From the NCBI GenBank assembly GCA_963796275.1, contig CAWCKY010000001.1, positions 224,001 through 288,000 of the forward strand: a stretch of DNA of 64,000 nt. Direction: 5' to 3'. Made by a program: the position numbers and the translations under genes. Below the pieces are notes generated by a model. It had not been told where the DNA came from. It did no database searches and saw only the letters and a program-made list of their open reading frames with translations. The DNA comes from an uncultured Acidobacteriota bacterium (GTDB lineage: Bacteria; Acidobacteriota; Blastocatellia; RBC074). Shown piece by piece: positions 62,862 through 64,000 of this stretch. Numbering within the stretch: position 1 is the first letter of the stretch; each line of letters opens with the position of its first letter.

Positions 62862-64000
62862 CTATTTCGCACTCTCCTTGTCGAATTCGGCAAATGTCTT
62901 ACCAGATTCGGCAAGCTTTTTAAGTAGCGGCGCCGGCTTCCACAATTCGCCGTGCTCCTGGTGGAACTGGCAGACGCGCTCGTAGACTCGCTTCAGTCCG
63001 ATGGAATCCGCATACCACATCGGCCCGCCGCGCCACGCCGGGTACCCATAACCGTTGATATAAATGATGTCGATATCGACCGCCCGCAGCGCTATCCGTT
63101 CCTCCAGAATCTTCGCCCCCTCATTGATCAATGAATATTGAGTGCGTTCGATGATCTCCTCATCGCCGATCGCGCGGCGCGTTATTCCGGCTGCAGCGGC
63201 GATCTCATCAATAAGTTTTTCGACATCGGGATCGGGAATCGCCTTGCGGTTCTCATCGTAAATGTACCAGCCCGCCCCGGTCTTCTGTCCGAATCGTCCG
63301 AGTTCGCACAAACGATCGGCGATAAGCGGCGTGCGCACGCCGGGCTGCTCCAGATGCTTGTGTTCCTTGCGTATCCGCCAGCCGACATCGAGCCCCGCCA
63401 GGTCGCCGACTGCCAACGGTCCCATTGCCATTCCGAATTGATAAAGAGCGCCGTCGACGTCCTGCGGTTTCGCTCCCTCTTCGACCAGGAACTGCGCCTC
63501 GCGGCCATACTGGTGGAGCATCCGGTTGCCGACGAACCCGTAGCAGTTTCCGACGAGCACTCCGACTTTCTTCAACCGCCTCGCCAGCGCCATCGAAGTC
63601 GCTATCACGCTTTTGCTTGATGTCTCCCCGCGCACGATTTCGAGGAGCCGCATGACATTTGCAGGGCTGAAGAAATGATGGCCGATGACGAACTCGGGGC
63701 GCGAGGTTGCCGAAGCGATCTCATCGATGTTCAAGGTCGAGGTATTCGAAGCCAGGAGGGTGCCGGGTTTGCACACCTGATCGAGTTCCGCGAATATCTG
63801 TTTCTTCAATTCCATCCCTTCAAATACCGCTTCGGTAACGATATCGACCGCTTCGAATCCATCGTAGGTCAGAGTGGGAGAGATGAGTGCCATTCGCCGA
63901 TCCATCTCTTCCTGAGTGAAGCGGCCCTTCTTGACGGAATTTGTGTAATTTTTTCGGATCGTCGTCAGGCCGCGATCGAGGGCTTCCTGAGTCGTCTCTT
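62862..64000 (-). CDS. 3-hydroxyacyl-CoA dehydrogenase / multifunctional beta-oxidation protein (5' part outside the window)
   Basis: EAVFE, SNTS, HFFSPA..M.LLE, GFVGNR, DLAGLD, GQKTG.G, GGPM; the frame is open to the window end. Confidence 0.92.
   Translation of the reverse strand, partial: ETTQEALDRGLTTIRKNYTNSVKKGRFTQEEMDRRMALISPTLTYDGFEAVDIVTEAVFEGMELKKQIFAELDQVCKPGTLLASNTSTLNIDEIASATSRPEFVIGHHFFSPANVMRLLEIVRGETSSKSVIATSMALARRLKKVGVLVGNCYGFVGNRMLHQYGREAQFLVEEGAKPQDVDGALYQFGMAMGPLAVGDLAGLDVGWRIRKEHKHLEQPGVRTPLIADRLCELGRFGQKTGAGWYIYDENRKAIPDPDVEKLIDEIAAAAGITRRAIGDEEIIERTQYSLINEGAKILEERIALRAVDIDIIYINGYGYPAWRGGPMWYADSIGLKRVYERVCQFHQEHGELWKPAPLLKKLAESGKTFAEFDKESAK

Overview
64 kb of bacterial chromosome. 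An Oar-type TonB receptor, an Acidobacterial VWA protein and the style of the intergenic repeats suggest Acidobacteriota, possibly Blastocatellia; this is inference only. The left half is accessory or envelope related: a Tat-signal orphan protein, mtgA, an M23 peptidase, an ABC-F ATPase, and a cluster of mostly exported enzymes (TonB receptor, SelA/DgaE-like PLP enzyme, RidA, DUF362, ApbE, CBM9-like protein, SMP-30 lactonase, deacetylase-type amidohydrolase). It continues with an alkA-like glycosylase, a DksA-zinc-finger/PP2C fusion, a MerA-like flavoprotein, and an orphan truncated KdpD/KdpE pair. That pair is followed by a four-fold TTTA-N7 box and a GT-A-like/GT4/glucosidase operon. The right half is core genome: HU, a LysW-like protein lacking EDWGE, rho, tRNA-Leu-tig-clpP-(double zinc-finger ORF)-clpX-lon-engB, a Tat-signal Fe/Mn SOD, egtD plus a GT2, dcd, HU/IHF, LysR-ruvX-mltG, an IDH-family dehydrogenase, queD, thiO, a lysine riboswitch ahead of lysC-dapB-dapA, and beta-oxidation genes. 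Seven single-base frameshifts in five otherwise intact genes look like sequencing indels. No rRNA, CRISPR array or intact transposase was seen. All family calls come from reading motifs by eye; no searches were run.
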